A stretch of 64,000 nt of DNA, from NCBI GenBank assembly GCA_002269645.1, contig NIVC01000726.1:57652-121651 (forward strand). Reading direction: 5' to 3'. The notes below the pieces were generated by a model. It was not told the DNA's origin and made no database searches. It was given only the letters and a program-made list of their open reading frames with translations. The first letter of the stretch is position 1; each line of letters begins with the position of its first letter. The translations under genes and the position numbers were made by a program. Source of the stretch: Macrostomum lignano. Taxonomy: Eukaryota. Below are positions 1-12,490 of the stretch, piece by piece.

Positions 1-280
1 CGGCCCAGGCTCGATTCCAAGTGCAGTTACATTAATTTGGGGCTAAATTGGAATCTCGGCTTGGCTCTGCTCGTGCAATTGACGCCATTGAGGCCCAACC
101 CCCACCCCAAGGCACAGTGAAGTGTACATGCCTAAAGATAAATAAAGTTAGGGCTGCTGTACACTCCTGTGTGAGTGTGTGCCTGTGCATGCTCAGGGGA
201 GTCGGCGAAATGGAAACCTGTTTTTTCAAAGTCAGGATGCCATACCACAAAAAATGCCAAATTAAAAGGCAGGCTCCTAC

Positions 281-555
281 CTGGAGGTCGGGCAAATCGA
301 AAATCACCAAAGCGTAGTTGTCGTGAGTGGCCAGGCCGCGGATCACGGTGAGCTGGGGAAACAGCTGGGCCAATGTGGTGAGGTTGCGCAGCCGGTACAG
401 CACCAGGAAGCCGGATATTTCGCGCAGATGAGGGAAACTCACGGCCCCGTTCATGTCTATGATGCTGAGCACTACATTGCCGTCTACGGCTGTGCAATTA
501 AAGAACGTCTGCGCTTTCCCTACGGGCGACATTGTCATGCTGATGGAGTTGCAGA
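281..555 (-). CDS. Insulin/IGF receptor-like protein, exon 2 (receptor L1 domain); gene continues off the window start
   Basis: Acceptor cccgcag at 556-557, donor CAG|GTAGGA at 280-279. Translates (L/V)CNSISMTMSPVGKAQTFFNCTAVDGNVVLSII...SFPHLREISGFLVLYRLRNLTTLAQLFPQLTVIRG...NYALVIFDLPDLQ, matching the INSR/IGF1R L1 motifs (NCSVIEG; SFPKL..IT.YLLLFR; LFPNLTVIRG; NYALVIF). Confidence 0.9.
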
Positions 556-685
556 CTGCGGGTGGTTGGTTAAATTAGTACGCAATTTTGCATCATTTAT
601 CGAAGGAAAATGCTTAGTTACTAAAAGGGATAACTTTTTGAGTTGCTGCTCAGAAGGGTGCTTGGTCAAGTTTCAAATGGAGGGA

Positions 686-1215
686 TGCTGAGATGCCATG
701 GCTCAATGGGGAGTTGCTGAGATGCCAATTGGCTCAATGGGGAGTTGCTGAGATGCCAATTGGCTCAATGGGGAGTTGCTGAGATGCCAATTGGCTCAAT
801 GGGGAGTTGCTGAGATGCCAACTGGCTCAATGGGGAGTTGCTGAGATGCCAATTGGTTCAATAGGGAGTTGATGAGATGCCAATTGGCTCGATCGGGAGT
901 TGCTGAGATGCCAATTGGCTCAATAGGGAGTTGATGAGATGTCATGGCTCAATGGGGAGTTGCTGAGATGCCAATTGGCTCAATGGGGAGTTGATGAGAT
1001 GCCAATTGGCTCAATGGGGATTTGTTGAGATGCCAATTGGCTCAATGGGGAGTTGCTGAGATGCCAATTGGCTCAATGGGGAGTTGCTGAGATGCCAAAT
1101 GGCTCAATGGGGAGTTGCTGAGATGCCAATTGGCTCAATGGGGAGTTGCTGAGATGCCAATTGGCTCAATGGGGAGTTGCTGAGATGCCAATTGGCTCAA
1201 TGGGGAGTTGCTGAA
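686..1215. repeat. 31-bp minisatellite GAGATGCCAATTGGCTCAATGGGGAGTTGCT (~17 copies)
   Basis: Direct tandem periodicity (721 to 752), in intron 1 of the receptor gene. Confidence 0.95.
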
Positions 1216-3302
1216 CTCTGACTATCAAGTGGCAATCATAGTCCAAATCCAGGATACCAATATTAAGGTTAATGAGTCATGATATAACAATGTTAATATT
1301 ACTTATTTAAACATCCTAATAGCAAAGAAAGACTTTTTGGTGAATTACTAATTATATTTAAAACTACTAATAACATTTTCAACAAAAAGCTAATAAAAAT
1401 ATAAATATATAAAAATTCTCAATAGGATAAGAAAGTCACTTACTTTTTCCATCTCCACATCTGACACCACAGAAAAGCAAACTAAGAAAGAAGATTATTG
1501 ATTTGTAGAGCATTGGCTTGGCTTGTCTACATTTGAGTAGAGCCATGAAAATGATAAGAAAAGTAATCAAGTTAAATTGTTCTTGAATATTAACTTTATC
1601 TTCATAAGATCAATATTGACCTCATGTAAAATAATTGCAATTTGTTTCAATAATGTTTTAATCCAATAAATATGAGCTACAGGACAATTAAATGCATGAG
1701 TATAAATATAAATAAACTTCTAATCAATTTTCCTATATTTTATATAGGTATAAATAAGTATATTATTTAATAATACTTAATGCTTTAATATTAATGACTT
1801 TATATTTAAAAAGATATATTTTACATTTAAAAAGTATCTTTTTTTAAATTCCTAAAAATATAATTCAAAATACATCTTTCAATATTGAATATATATCTTA
1901 AAGCATTTAAACTAAGGCTTAGTAAATTGCTGCTAAAAACAGAATTGTGAAATAAAAAAATATAAGTAGAGTTAGACTTAAAGATTTTATAGCTTTGGCC
2001 TTTTTGAACTTTAGGTACTGTACATATAAATATATGTCAATGCCAAGTAGATGTATGCTAATGCTAAGCAGATGTATACCAATGCCAAAAACAATTGTTT
2101 AAAGTAATTGATAAAGCATAGCTACTAAAAACAAATAATTTAATGTTTTTAAAAATAAATATATATATAATATATATTTATTTCTAAAAATGATAACACC
2201 TAAGTCCTAATTAATTGTTAAACTATTATTTAACATTGTCATAAAATAACAATAATGTAGATCTAAAAAATCATAAATGATCATATATGCCATGCATATA
2301 TACTGGTATAAGACCAAGATACCCACATACTAAGATGGCCACAACATTAAATATCTATTATATCTACTCTTTTTACCATTAATTTGCAACTTAAATAGAG
2401 CTCTATTGTTTGGTAGATTTAATTATTATGTTTATAATCGATCATATTAATAAATACTGATGCAATAATAGATTTGAAACTAATTTAAATACCTTTACCT
2501 ATTCTAGGCTATAATACAAAAACTAATCTTTTTTAGTGTTGTTGCCAATTTATTCCCTATCTTACATTTATCAAATTTATCACTATCAGTTTATCAAGAA
2601 ATCATTGCTAGTGGTAATGTTATGCAAAAATTGTAATAAATATGCAACAGGGTATCTATTTTGTGCTAGCCTACTTGCTTTATTTAGTGGATAAATAGGC
2701 CTTTCTATCTATAGACTAGGCTACAATAAAACCTAAAGCCAAAAGGAATATTTATAATTCCTTTGTAGCTTCTATCTCCATAAGACTTGAAGATCTAAAT
2801 CTAATACAAATTATTACCAATAGAAAATAAATGAAATATACAGAAAGCCAACCAAGCCATGTTCATTAGGCCCTTAAGCCTTGCCTTTAGGCTTTTCATT
2901 TTTAACAAGTCGCTACAAGCATATGACAAAAAAAGTTACTATTCACCGACAGGTTTGCTTTAATCAAATTCAAACTTATAGTTAATACTCATTTTTAGGA
3001 TATAGGATCTTTTCATACTTTCAGTTTTTGATTATGTGAACTGAAGCCAATAATTTTCAGTTCATTCAGATTCAGTCAGTCTGTAACACTTTTCTATGAA
3101 AAAGTTTTTTTAAGCGGCTGCTTTTATCATTTAAAAATATTAACAAGTATAGTTAGCGTTCTTGCTTTATGCGAGTAGAATCCTTGCACTTAAAAATTCG
3201 CATAAACGGAGTAGTTCTGTATATATTATAAATATACAAAGCAAATAATTAGCATCAATAATAAATTCTACGGTTTTCTTTATTGTAATTAAATGAGCAC
3301 AC

Positions 3303-3381
3303 GCTCTGCTATCGATAGTTGTACAAATAGCAGCAAAAATGCTACGAGCAGGCTAAAGGGAGATTTGTAGGCTCGCACCAT
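3303..3381 (-). CDS. Probable exon 1 (signal peptide) of the insulin-receptor-like gene
   Basis: ATG at 3381 gives MVRAYKSPFSLLVAFLLLFVQLSIAE, a typical signal peptide. The phase-1 donor C|GTGTGC joins in frame to the phase-1 start of exon 281-555. The donor is weak. Confidence 0.6.
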
Positions 3382-4206
3382 CTGTTGTAGAGTTACGGAT
3401 GTTCGTAAGGAGTTCGGAAAATTTTATATTGAAGAATCATAAAATTAGAGAAAAATGGATTATGTAGACGTTAGTTAACTTGTAGTTCTAACTTAAACAG
3501 AAACTGGTGACGGATGCGAAAAGGCTGATCATTATTAGTGACACGTCAAACGAGAATTCTTTACAAATTTAAGAATGTGGTGACAACACCATCAATTTTC
3601 TGGCTGCAGCAACACTTCGGTATTAACTATTAACCAACTTAACAATTCACAAATATGTTGCTTGAATTTCACTGACTTGGAATCAAGAATCTATAAAGTT
3701 AAATAGGACAGAGTGCAGTGGTTCAGTGGAAGTTTTGCTTTTTCTTAGATTTTAAAGCCTCTTCAAGGCACTGTAAATACTCGTATACTTTCACACTACA
3801 TGTAATTTCTGTAATAATACTCCCTTTAGTATAAATGTAAGGGTACATACATGTAGATCTATTAAAAAATTATTTAAGGCAACATTTGTCTTAGCACTCA
3901 TTTGTGAACTCTGAATGAATTATATACGTACATGCACAGTCCGTCAGAACCAAAATATCAAAATGCATATCAATCAGGTAATTTTTCAATCCATTATATA
4001 TTGTTATTATTTAACTACAAAATGGCACAGTAATATAATAAAGCTTTTCTAATACACAGAAAAGCTTTATTTAGAGCAAAAGTCAATCGATATGGTATGC
4101 ACTTGTATGCAATTATTATCATAGCGACAAGCGAACAAATAGAGTGCGCTGAATAACTGTCCAGCAGAGTAAAGGCTAGCGATGATTAATGTAAAATATT
4201 TGTCCC

Positions 4207-4212
4207 TTTATT
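4207..4212 (-). promoter_or_regulatory. Candidate AATAAA polyadenylation signal of Rab24
   Basis: AATAAA on the minus strand about 205 nt downstream of the Rab24 stop. Confidence 0.4.
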
Positions 4213-4416
4213 GGACTGGAAGTTGAACGTTAAAGAGTACAATTGGATAATATAATACAAAATCGAAGCAAATACTGGATAAAAAAGATGCTTAAATGGA
4301 AAGCTAGACTCTTAGACTTAGACGTGAAGCTTAGGCTGTATACAATATATATATTGTTACTTTGGAATTTTGGTCTGTTTTTGTTTCGGCAAATCCTTCT
4401 GTCTCGCTAGTCTCGC

Positions 4417-7317
4417 TTAGCCAAGACAGTAGCAGCGGCCGCGACTGCTCCCGGGATCATTGGCGGTGCTCACCCCGGCAGCAGACGATGGTGCACCTTG
4501 ACCTCCGCTGCCCAAAGCGAACGCCTGCTGTTGCGACAGCTGATTGTTCGCTCCGGCGCCGCCTTTGATAAAATCTTCGGCTACGCGTCGAAACAGAATG
4601 TCTACGTTTTCGCCCGTTTTGCTGGACGTCTCAATTGACAGGGCGCCAATGCCTGGGTGACAAGGGTGAGCGAGCTGCGTGCTAAGCTGCAGGATGTCAT
4701 GGGGCAGTTTACTAGGAACAAGTGGTTAAACACTTTCCAGGATTAGCTCGGGACGATTCTCTATCGGGCTGGGGTGGATTCTCTATCTGGCTGGGGTGGA
4801 TTCTCTATCGGGTTGGGGTGGATTCTCTATCGGGATGGGGTGAATTCTCTATCGGGATGGGGTGGATTCTCTATCGGGTTGGGGTGGATTCTCTATCGGG
4901 CTGGGGTGGATTCTCTATCTGGCTGGGGTGGATTCTCTATCGGTTTGGGGTGGATTCTCTATCTGGCTGGGGTGGATTCTCTATCGGTTTGGGGTGGATT
5001 CTCTATCGGTTTGGGGTGGATTCTCTATCGGGCTGGGGTGGATTCTCTATCTGGCTGGGGTGGATTCTCTATCTGGCTGGGGTGGATTCTCTATCGGGAT
5101 GGGGTGGATTCTCTATCGGGCTGGGGTGGATTCTCTATCGGGATGGGGTGGATTCTCTATCTGGCTGGGGTGGATTCTCTATCGGGATGGGGTGGATTCT
5201 CTATCGGGTTGGGGTGGATTCTCTATCGGTTTGGGGTGGATTCTCTATCGGGATGGGGTGGATTCTCTATCGGGTTGGGGTGGATTCTCTATCGGGCTGG
5301 AGTGGATTCTCTATCGGTTTGGGGTGGATTCTCTATCGGGATGGGGTGGATTCTCTATCGGGTTGGGGTGGATTCTCTATCGGGTTGGGGTGGATTCTCT
5401 ATCGGGCTGGGGTGGATTCTCTATCTGGCTGGGGTGGATTCTCTATCGGGCTGGGGTGGATTCTCTATCGGTTTGGGGTGGATTCTCTATCGGGTTGGGG
5501 TGGATTCTCTATCGGGTTGGGGTGGATTCTCTATCGGGTTGGGGTGGATTCTCTATCGGGCTGGAGTGATTTTCTATCCAACGGAATGACACAACAGAAC
5601 AAAGAGTTAATAAAGACACACTGACTCACTCTTAGCAAACTCGGCGGCCTCAGTCTCGCCAACTTGCCGCAGAGGCGGATCAGCCGTTACTAAGTCGCGT
5701 TTGCAGCCGCACAGGTAAATTCTGCACCGATCTTCTTCGTATTTGCGCAGCTCTTTAGTCCAGAACCTGGCCCGCTCGAGACTGCCGGCGTCCGTCACCT
5801 CGTAGCAGACGATGGCAGCGCCTGAGCCGCTGATAGAGGATGCAAGACAGGATATTCAGGCTTTGCTATAGCTAAGAGGGAAGCTTTCAGGGATTAAAGG
5901 GAATTCCGTGAAGAGAATTACTACCTTAATCAATGATAAATATCAATGATAAAATTCTCCATGATTATAGTGAGAAATACTACTCACCTGATCAGGGGAA
6001 CTTTAACATCCTGGATCAGAGAATTGCATACTTAATCAAAGGGAATCTTCCCAGTGATTGGGGGGAGAGAATTACACGCCAGATCAGGGGAATCTTCCTA
6101 ATGATTGAGAGGAGAATTACTCGCCAGATCAGGGGAATCTTCCCAATGATTGAGAGGAGAATTACTCGCCAGCTCTGGGGGAATCTTCCCAATGATTGAG
6201 AGGAGAATTACTCGCCAGCTCTGGGGGAATCTTCCCAATGATTGAGAGGAGAATTACTCGCCAGCTCAGGGGGAATCTTCACAATGATTGAGAGGAGAAT
6301 TACTCGCCAGCTCAGGGGGAATCTTCCCAATGATTGAGAGGAGAATTACTCGCCAGCTCTGGGGGAATCTTCCCAATGATTGAGAAGAGAATTACTCGCC
6401 AGATCAGGGGGAATCTTCCCAATAATTGAGAGGAGAATTACTCGCCAGATCAGGGGGAATCTTCCCAATGATTGAGAGGAGAATTACTCGCCAGCTCTGG
6501 GGGAATCTTCCCAATGATTGAGAGGAGAATTACTCGCCAGCTCTGGGGGAATCTTCCCAATGATTGAGAGGAGAATTACTCGCCAGCTCTGGGGGAATCT
6601 TCCCAATGATTGAGAGGAGAATTACTCGCCAGATCAGGGGGAATCTTCCCAATGATTGAGAGGAGAATTACTCGCCAGCTCAGGGGGAATCTTCCCAATG
6701 ATTGAGAGGAGAATTACTCGCCAGCTCTGGGGGAATCTTCCCAATAATTGAGAGGAGAATTACTCGCCAGATCAGGGGGAATCTTCCCAATAATTGAGAG
6801 GAGAATTACTCGCCAGATCAGGGGGAATCTTCCTAATGATTGAGGGGATAATTACTCGCCAGATTATGGGGAATCTTCCCAATGATTGCTGGCCGGGGAG
6901 AACTACTCACCTGATCTGGGTGAATATTTTTTAATGACTGAAAGGAGAATTACTGGCTGGAAAGTTCTCCCTAATTGATGCCTTTTCACATATCGACAAC
7001 GGCAATACATTTATAAGCTACCAATAGATAAGCTAAAACAAATTGCCTTGACAACAAACGCACCGGTAATAAATTCTCGCCATAGACTCGTAGCGCTCGG
7101 AGCCGGCAGTGTCCCACACGCCTAGCACTACTTCGCGATCTCGGCCACCATCCCGACACCGGACGGCCCTTGAACCGTAGGCGGCCCCAATAGTGCTCTG
7201 ATAGGCGCTGCCAGTTAAAAATCTATCGTGCAGAAATCGTTCAACTAGCGCCGTTTTGCCGACGTACTCCTTGCCTAGTAGTACAACTTTTAAATCGACG
7301 CGCGTATTGCCCGTCAT
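4417..7317 (-). CDS. RAB24: Ras-related protein Rab24 (3 exons, 229 aa)
   Basis: Exons 7317-7064, 5829-5630 and 4652-4417 total 690 nt, in frame with GT-AG. Motifs: [88 protein letters not shown]-terminal [13 protein letters not shown] and DTAGSE are diagnostic of Rab24. Confidence 0.93.
4750..5578. repeat. 22-bp minisatellite GGGGTGGATTCTCTATCGGGCT (~37 copies)
   Basis: Tandem array in Rab24 intron 2. Confidence 0.95.
5990..6900. repeat. 46-bp minisatellite GAGAGGAGAATTACTCGCCAGCTCTGGGGGAATCTTCCCAATGATT
   Basis: Period 46 (6181 to 6227), in Rab24 intron 1, with degenerate edges. Confidence 0.95.
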
Positions 7318-7494
7318 TCTGGTGCAAACTATACTACTTAAAGCAGTGGCAGTGATAGTTTCTGCAGTGCAAGAATTATTTAGACCTTTGCTAGACTTTT
7401 TAGATAAATATTAGGATAAAAAATTAATTCGATATAACTTAAACACCGTTTTTGTTAAGCGGTTGATGCAATTCATAGTCCCTCATCAGTGAGT

Positions 7495-7941
7495 CAAGCT
7501 ACCGCTAAGTAGGTGAAGCTACCGCAAAGTGGGTGAAGCTACCCCAAAGTGGGTGAAGCTACCGCAAAGTGAGTGAAGCTACCGCAAAGTGGATGAAGCT
7601 ACCCCAAAGTGGGTGAAGCTACCGCAAAGTGGGTGAAGCTACCGCAAAGTGGGTGAAGCTACCGCAAAGTGAGTGAAGCTACCGCAAAGTAGGTGAAGCT
7701 ACCGCAAAGTGGATGAAGCTACCGCAAAGTGGGTGAAGCTACCCCAAAGTGAGTGAAGCTACCCCAAAGTGGGTGAAGCTACCCCAAAGTGGGTGAAGCT
7801 ACCCCAAAGTGAGTGAAGCTACCCCAAAGTGGGTGAAGCTACCTCAAAGTGGATGAAGCTACCCTAAAGTGGATGAAGCTACCGCAAAGTGAGTGAAGCT
7901 ACCCCAAAGTGGGTGAAGCTACCGCAAAGTGGGTGAAGCTA
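7495..7941. repeat. 20-bp minisatellite GTGAAGCTACCGCAAAGTGG
   Basis: Tandem array between the NDUFS5 stop and the Rab24 start. Confidence 0.95.
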
Positions 7942-8331
7942 CGAGCGTACCACTAGTCCCTCAAACAGGCCTTATGGTCGAAAGAAGCAACAGAAAAGCG
8001 TACCGATTACTATAAGAGATAGTAGATTTACTACCATAATGAACAAACCTTCCCTTTACTATATTTCATTACACAAGTATATGTTATATAGTACTAATAT
8101 TTTCACAGGCAAACGTACCGCCTATATGTTACTAGAAGGTGCAACTGGATTCTCTATTATTTTGCTTTAAAACTACATCGAGCGGGACAGAGCAACTAAA
8201 GCATGAATGGAGGGGGTGGGTTGCAGATAACTGAAAGCTAGACAGGAGCAGATGGACTACAACTCAAACTGCTATTAACTAACATTGTCTTTTATCAGTT
8301 AACGAGTTTGCGGCCTTTAAAACACTGCGAA

Positions 8332-8506
8332 TCACGAGTGCCTCGGCCAGTAAGAGTCGTACGGTGGCGTAGGCAGCGGCTCCATATTCTTCTCGCGCAT
8401 CATTCGCTGCAGATAGCGATAGCGCTTCATCTGCGGGGAGGGGTTGCGACAGGGGGTTTAGTGAGATGATTTTCTATCGATCTGTCTGTCTGTCTATCCA
8501 TCTATT

Positions 8507-8562
<56 letters not shown>

Positions 8563-8564
8563 TG

Positions 8565-8639
<75 letters not shown>

Positions 8640-8777
8640 GTCTATCTGTCTATCTATCTGTCTATCTATCTGTCGATCTATCTATCTATCTGTCTGTCTA
8701 TCTATCTATCTATCTATCTATCTGTCTGTCTATCTATCTGTCTGTCTATCTATCTGTCTATCTATCTGTCTATCTTT

Positions 8778-8820
<43 letters not shown>

Positions 8821-8871
8821 GTCTGTCTATCTATCTGTCTATCTATCTGTCTATCTATCTATCTATCTATG

Positions 8872-8908
<37 letters not shown>

Positions 8909-9046
8909 GTCTGTCTATCTATCTGTCTATCTATCTGTCTATCTATCTGTCGATCTATCTATCTATCTGTCTGTCTGTCTATCTATCTGTCTATCTATCT
9001 GTCTATCTATCTATCTATCTATCTGTCTGTCTATCTATCTCTGTCC

Positions 9047-9130
<84 letters not shown>

Positions 9131-9135
9131 GTCTG

Positions 9136-9166
<31 letters not shown>

Positions 9167-9259
9167 GTCTATCTATCTATCTATCTGTCTGTCTATCTAT
9201 CTATCTATCTGTCTATCTATCTATCTATCTGTCTATCTATCTGTCTATCTATCTATCTA

Positions 9260-9290
<31 letters not shown>

Positions 9291-9365
9291 GTCTGTCTAT
9301 CTATCTGTCTGTCTATCTATCTATCTGTCTATCTATCTATCTGTCTGTCTATCTATCTATCTATC

Positions 9366-9454
<89 letters not shown>

Positions 9455-9455
9455 G

Positions 9456-9494
<39 letters not shown>

Positions 9495-10751
9495 GTCTGT
9501 CTATCTATCTATCTATCTATCTATCTGTCTATCTATCTATCTATCTATCTATGGAGTGTACATGCCTGACACTTAAAAAGCCAGGGCCGCTGTACACCCT
9601 GTGTGAGCGTGTGTTTGAGTGCCTGCCTGAGTACAGTATTGGCGCGCTTGCATGTGCTCAGGAGTCAGCAGAATGTACAGAAATGCCTCAGCCTCAGTCA
9701 AAGAATTCCCTTTGACTGTTGCAAAAGGAGGCAACAAGAACGAAATAAAAATGTTTGAATAAACTACATGTTTCTTATAACCTTGTACAGTCATATGTGC
9801 TAATTTTTTAGGGAAAAAATACTTTTTAAGCAAAAAAGCATCTGCCCTGAGTGACAGACTAAGATATCAGATCATCTATGAGCGTTGCCTCAAAGAATCT
9901 CAGCAACCAACATTGGGGCAAGCATTTCAGCGATTCCCCAATGAGCCACAGCATTTCAGCAAGTCCCCATTGAGCATTGATATCTCAGCAATTCCCCAAT
10001 GAGCCACAGCATTTCAGCAATTCCCCAATGAGCCACAGCATTTCAGCAATTCCCCAATGCGCCACAGCATTTCAGCAATTCCCCAATGAGCCACAGCATT
10101 TCAGCAATTCCCCAATGAGCATTGATATCTCAGCAATTCCCCAATGAGCCACAGCACTTCAGCAATTCCCCAATGAGCCACAGCATTTCTGCAATTCCCC
10201 AATGAGCCACAGCATTTCTGCAATTCCCTAATGAGCCACAGCATTTCAGCAATTCCCCAATGAGCCACAGCATTTCAGCAATACCCCCCTAAGCCCATGG
10301 TCTAGCATAAAAGGCACAAATTTACCTCCTTGTAATGATTGGAGCACTCGTCGTAATCGTCAAAGTAGATCCGGCACCATTTGTGAAGATTCTGCACGCC
10401 AACCCTGGACAAGCAGCGATAGAGGTCGCGCTCCATGATGTGGCAGTGCTTGGGGAAATCTCTGCCCTGCATAGTGAACTGGCCGCTCATCCAGTGCAGA
10501 TGATGGTTGTCTAGCGGCGGCCGCTGGAACACGTTGCCAAATAGTCTGTTTGGCCTGGGCAGGCCGAACGCATTGAATCTGGTCTCGTTAGGATGAAGCG
10601 GCCTCGTCAGTCGGTAGGTAGCGTAGCTCAACGCTTCTCCGGGCGTCTCAAAGTGCGGATAAGGCGGCGAAGGATTCTCTAAGCAGTCGCGATTCAGCTT
10701 GAGCAGCCGGTCGGGATCCTCATAAGTGATTGGCGTGCGAGTGTCCGACAT
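8332..10751 (-). CDS. NDUFS5: NADH dehydrogenase iron-sulfur protein 5 (complex I 15-kDa subunit), 2 exons, 174 aa
   Basis: Exon 10751-10326 (donor GAG|GTAAAT) plus exon 8430-8332 (acceptor ccccgcag; [32 protein letters not shown]). Twin CX9C motif C103-X9-C113-X12-C126-X9-C136 has the same spacing as human NDUFS5 (C33/43/56/66), and the C-terminal basic helix and PP motif match. Confidence 0.8.
8472..9551. repeat. (TCAA)n/(TCTA)n/(TCTG)n GATA-type microsatellite, ~1.1 kb
   Basis: Tetranucleotide run in the NDUFS5 intron. Confidence 0.97.
9900..10285. repeat. 29-bp minisatellite CCCCAATGAGCCACAGCATTTCAGCAATT
   Basis: Period 29. It is the reverse-complement relative of the 686-1215 array. 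Confidence 0.93.
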
Positions 10752-12247
10752 TGCCGCAATATTAGCTATGCACTGATTGACCTTTTGTTAACTAATTATT
10801 TAGATAATAACAGAAATCCTTCAAAGTTGATTGATTCCACAGGCGGCCCAGGTGGCTGGCCATGCATTAAAATAGAAGTTCAACAATCAATGGCCAACAG
10901 CCCAGGTTTATGTTTAATGGCATGTAATTAAAGTTCCATATTTTCTTAATTCTTATTTTATTAAAAGATTCTGTAGATTAGAGAGCCTCAGCAATGTAAA
11001 GGGTAGTGTAGAGATGCTGGTACTTAATTTTTTTCATTTTGGCATCAAAATTTTGTGCTTTTGTTTTTAAAACGAAAACTGCTTAATGGCTTTGTATAAA
11101 ATTCACTGACATGTCAATTATTGCTTTATTCCAGATAAATATTCTGATTGACCCTTTGTTGCCATCATCACTTCATTTGTAAATGCAGATGAATATGCAA
11201 CTAAAAGGTGAAGGCTTTTTGCTGGGTCATGCAGCCCCTCTTCTTATATTTTAAAGCTGCTTGCAGTATAAGTTGTAATCACTATGACAACTAATATAAT
11301 CATATTATTAATCCTATTTCATGATTTCATTTGTCATGTCAAATCATAAATAGAGATAGACCATTTGTCATAGATTTGCAACATTCTGGATCTGTCTAGT
11401 GTTCAATAATTGTCTTTTTAATCAAAAAAAATTTTAACCTATGATAATAGAAGATGATTAACATTGACAAAAATAATTTTAACACTATAAAATGCCTTAA
11501 AACAATTTTAAGGCATTTCTTTAAATAGAAAAACAATTTCAAGATTGTCTAGATTGTATGGGATTCATAGCTTCAAAGCTTTAAATAACAGCTTTAAGTG
11601 AAAAATGGATTTAAAATATTAATAAATGATATGTTATATAATCAAAGAGATGGAGGTATCCATTAACAGTTTGAAACAGTTGAAATCTAAAAAAATCTTC
11701 ATATTGTATGCTTAGGCCTAAATCTTATCAATAGACAAAAATATGGCAAATGAAATGACCACAACTTTTCAAATGAATTGAATAAGCTTAAAGGATAATT
11801 TATCTTTTTGGCAAAAAATGAATTTAAAGCTAGAGTCAAATCTGTAGAAAGCAGAGATTGTATAGTCAGTAGGCCTAGATACAGTGTAGTTGAGACAATA
11901 GGCCATACTTGTATGTCATATTTGTAAATCTATATTTTATCTTATTTATCTCTAGGTCTCTAAGACTAAGACTGAATATGACAGATTCTGACTCTAGCAA
12001 TTTATCAATTTACTAAGAACTAGGCGATGGCTAGTCAATTAAATTAACTATAGATGAGTGCAACCTTGCTCAATGCAATTTTGGGACTTTTGTAAAGAGC
12101 TTAAAGGTTCAGAGAATGATGGCCATAATGCCATGGGTGACCAAGTAGACAACACACTCTACTAGAACCTGATTCCTGGTGCAAAAGCCACTGCCACTTC
12201 ATGGCTTGCAGCTAATAACTAGGGATACACTCTAAAAGCCAATCAGC

Positions 12248-12490
12248 ATGGTATTGATTATGTCGCATGGCAATGCCACTATTGAAAATGGATTTTCCAT
12301 GAATAAAGACATGCTAGTGTCTAACCTACAGGATTACTAGATGTCCCTATACTAAGTCTAAGATGCCATAATAGTACCTGGTGGCTACAAGAACATCTTA
12401 CTTTCCAAGAATATTCTATCAAGTGTGAGAATGGCCAGATAGTACTACTATAATGCCTTGGAAGAAAAGACAACAGTCACTATATCCTTG
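12248..12490 (+). pseudogene. Decayed DNA-transposase C-terminal fragment (hAT-like dimerisation region)
   Basis: One frame reads MVLIMSHGNATIENGFSMNKDMLVSNLQDY*MSLY*V*DAIIVPGGYKNILLSKNILSSVRMAR*YYYNALEEK. The L-S-H-G-x-A-x-x-E-x-G-F-S-x-N-K motif resembles the hAT-type ERxFS motif. Four in-frame stops. Confidence 0.5.

Noticed and set aside
4722-5624. Three overlapping Trp/Gly-rich ORFs
   Set aside because: Translation of the 22-bp array on the antisense strand of a Rab24 intron.
8466-9576. SIYL-repeat ORFs, and likewise SVCL (36561-37981) and EERRG (46237-47052)
   Set aside because: Microsatellite translations.
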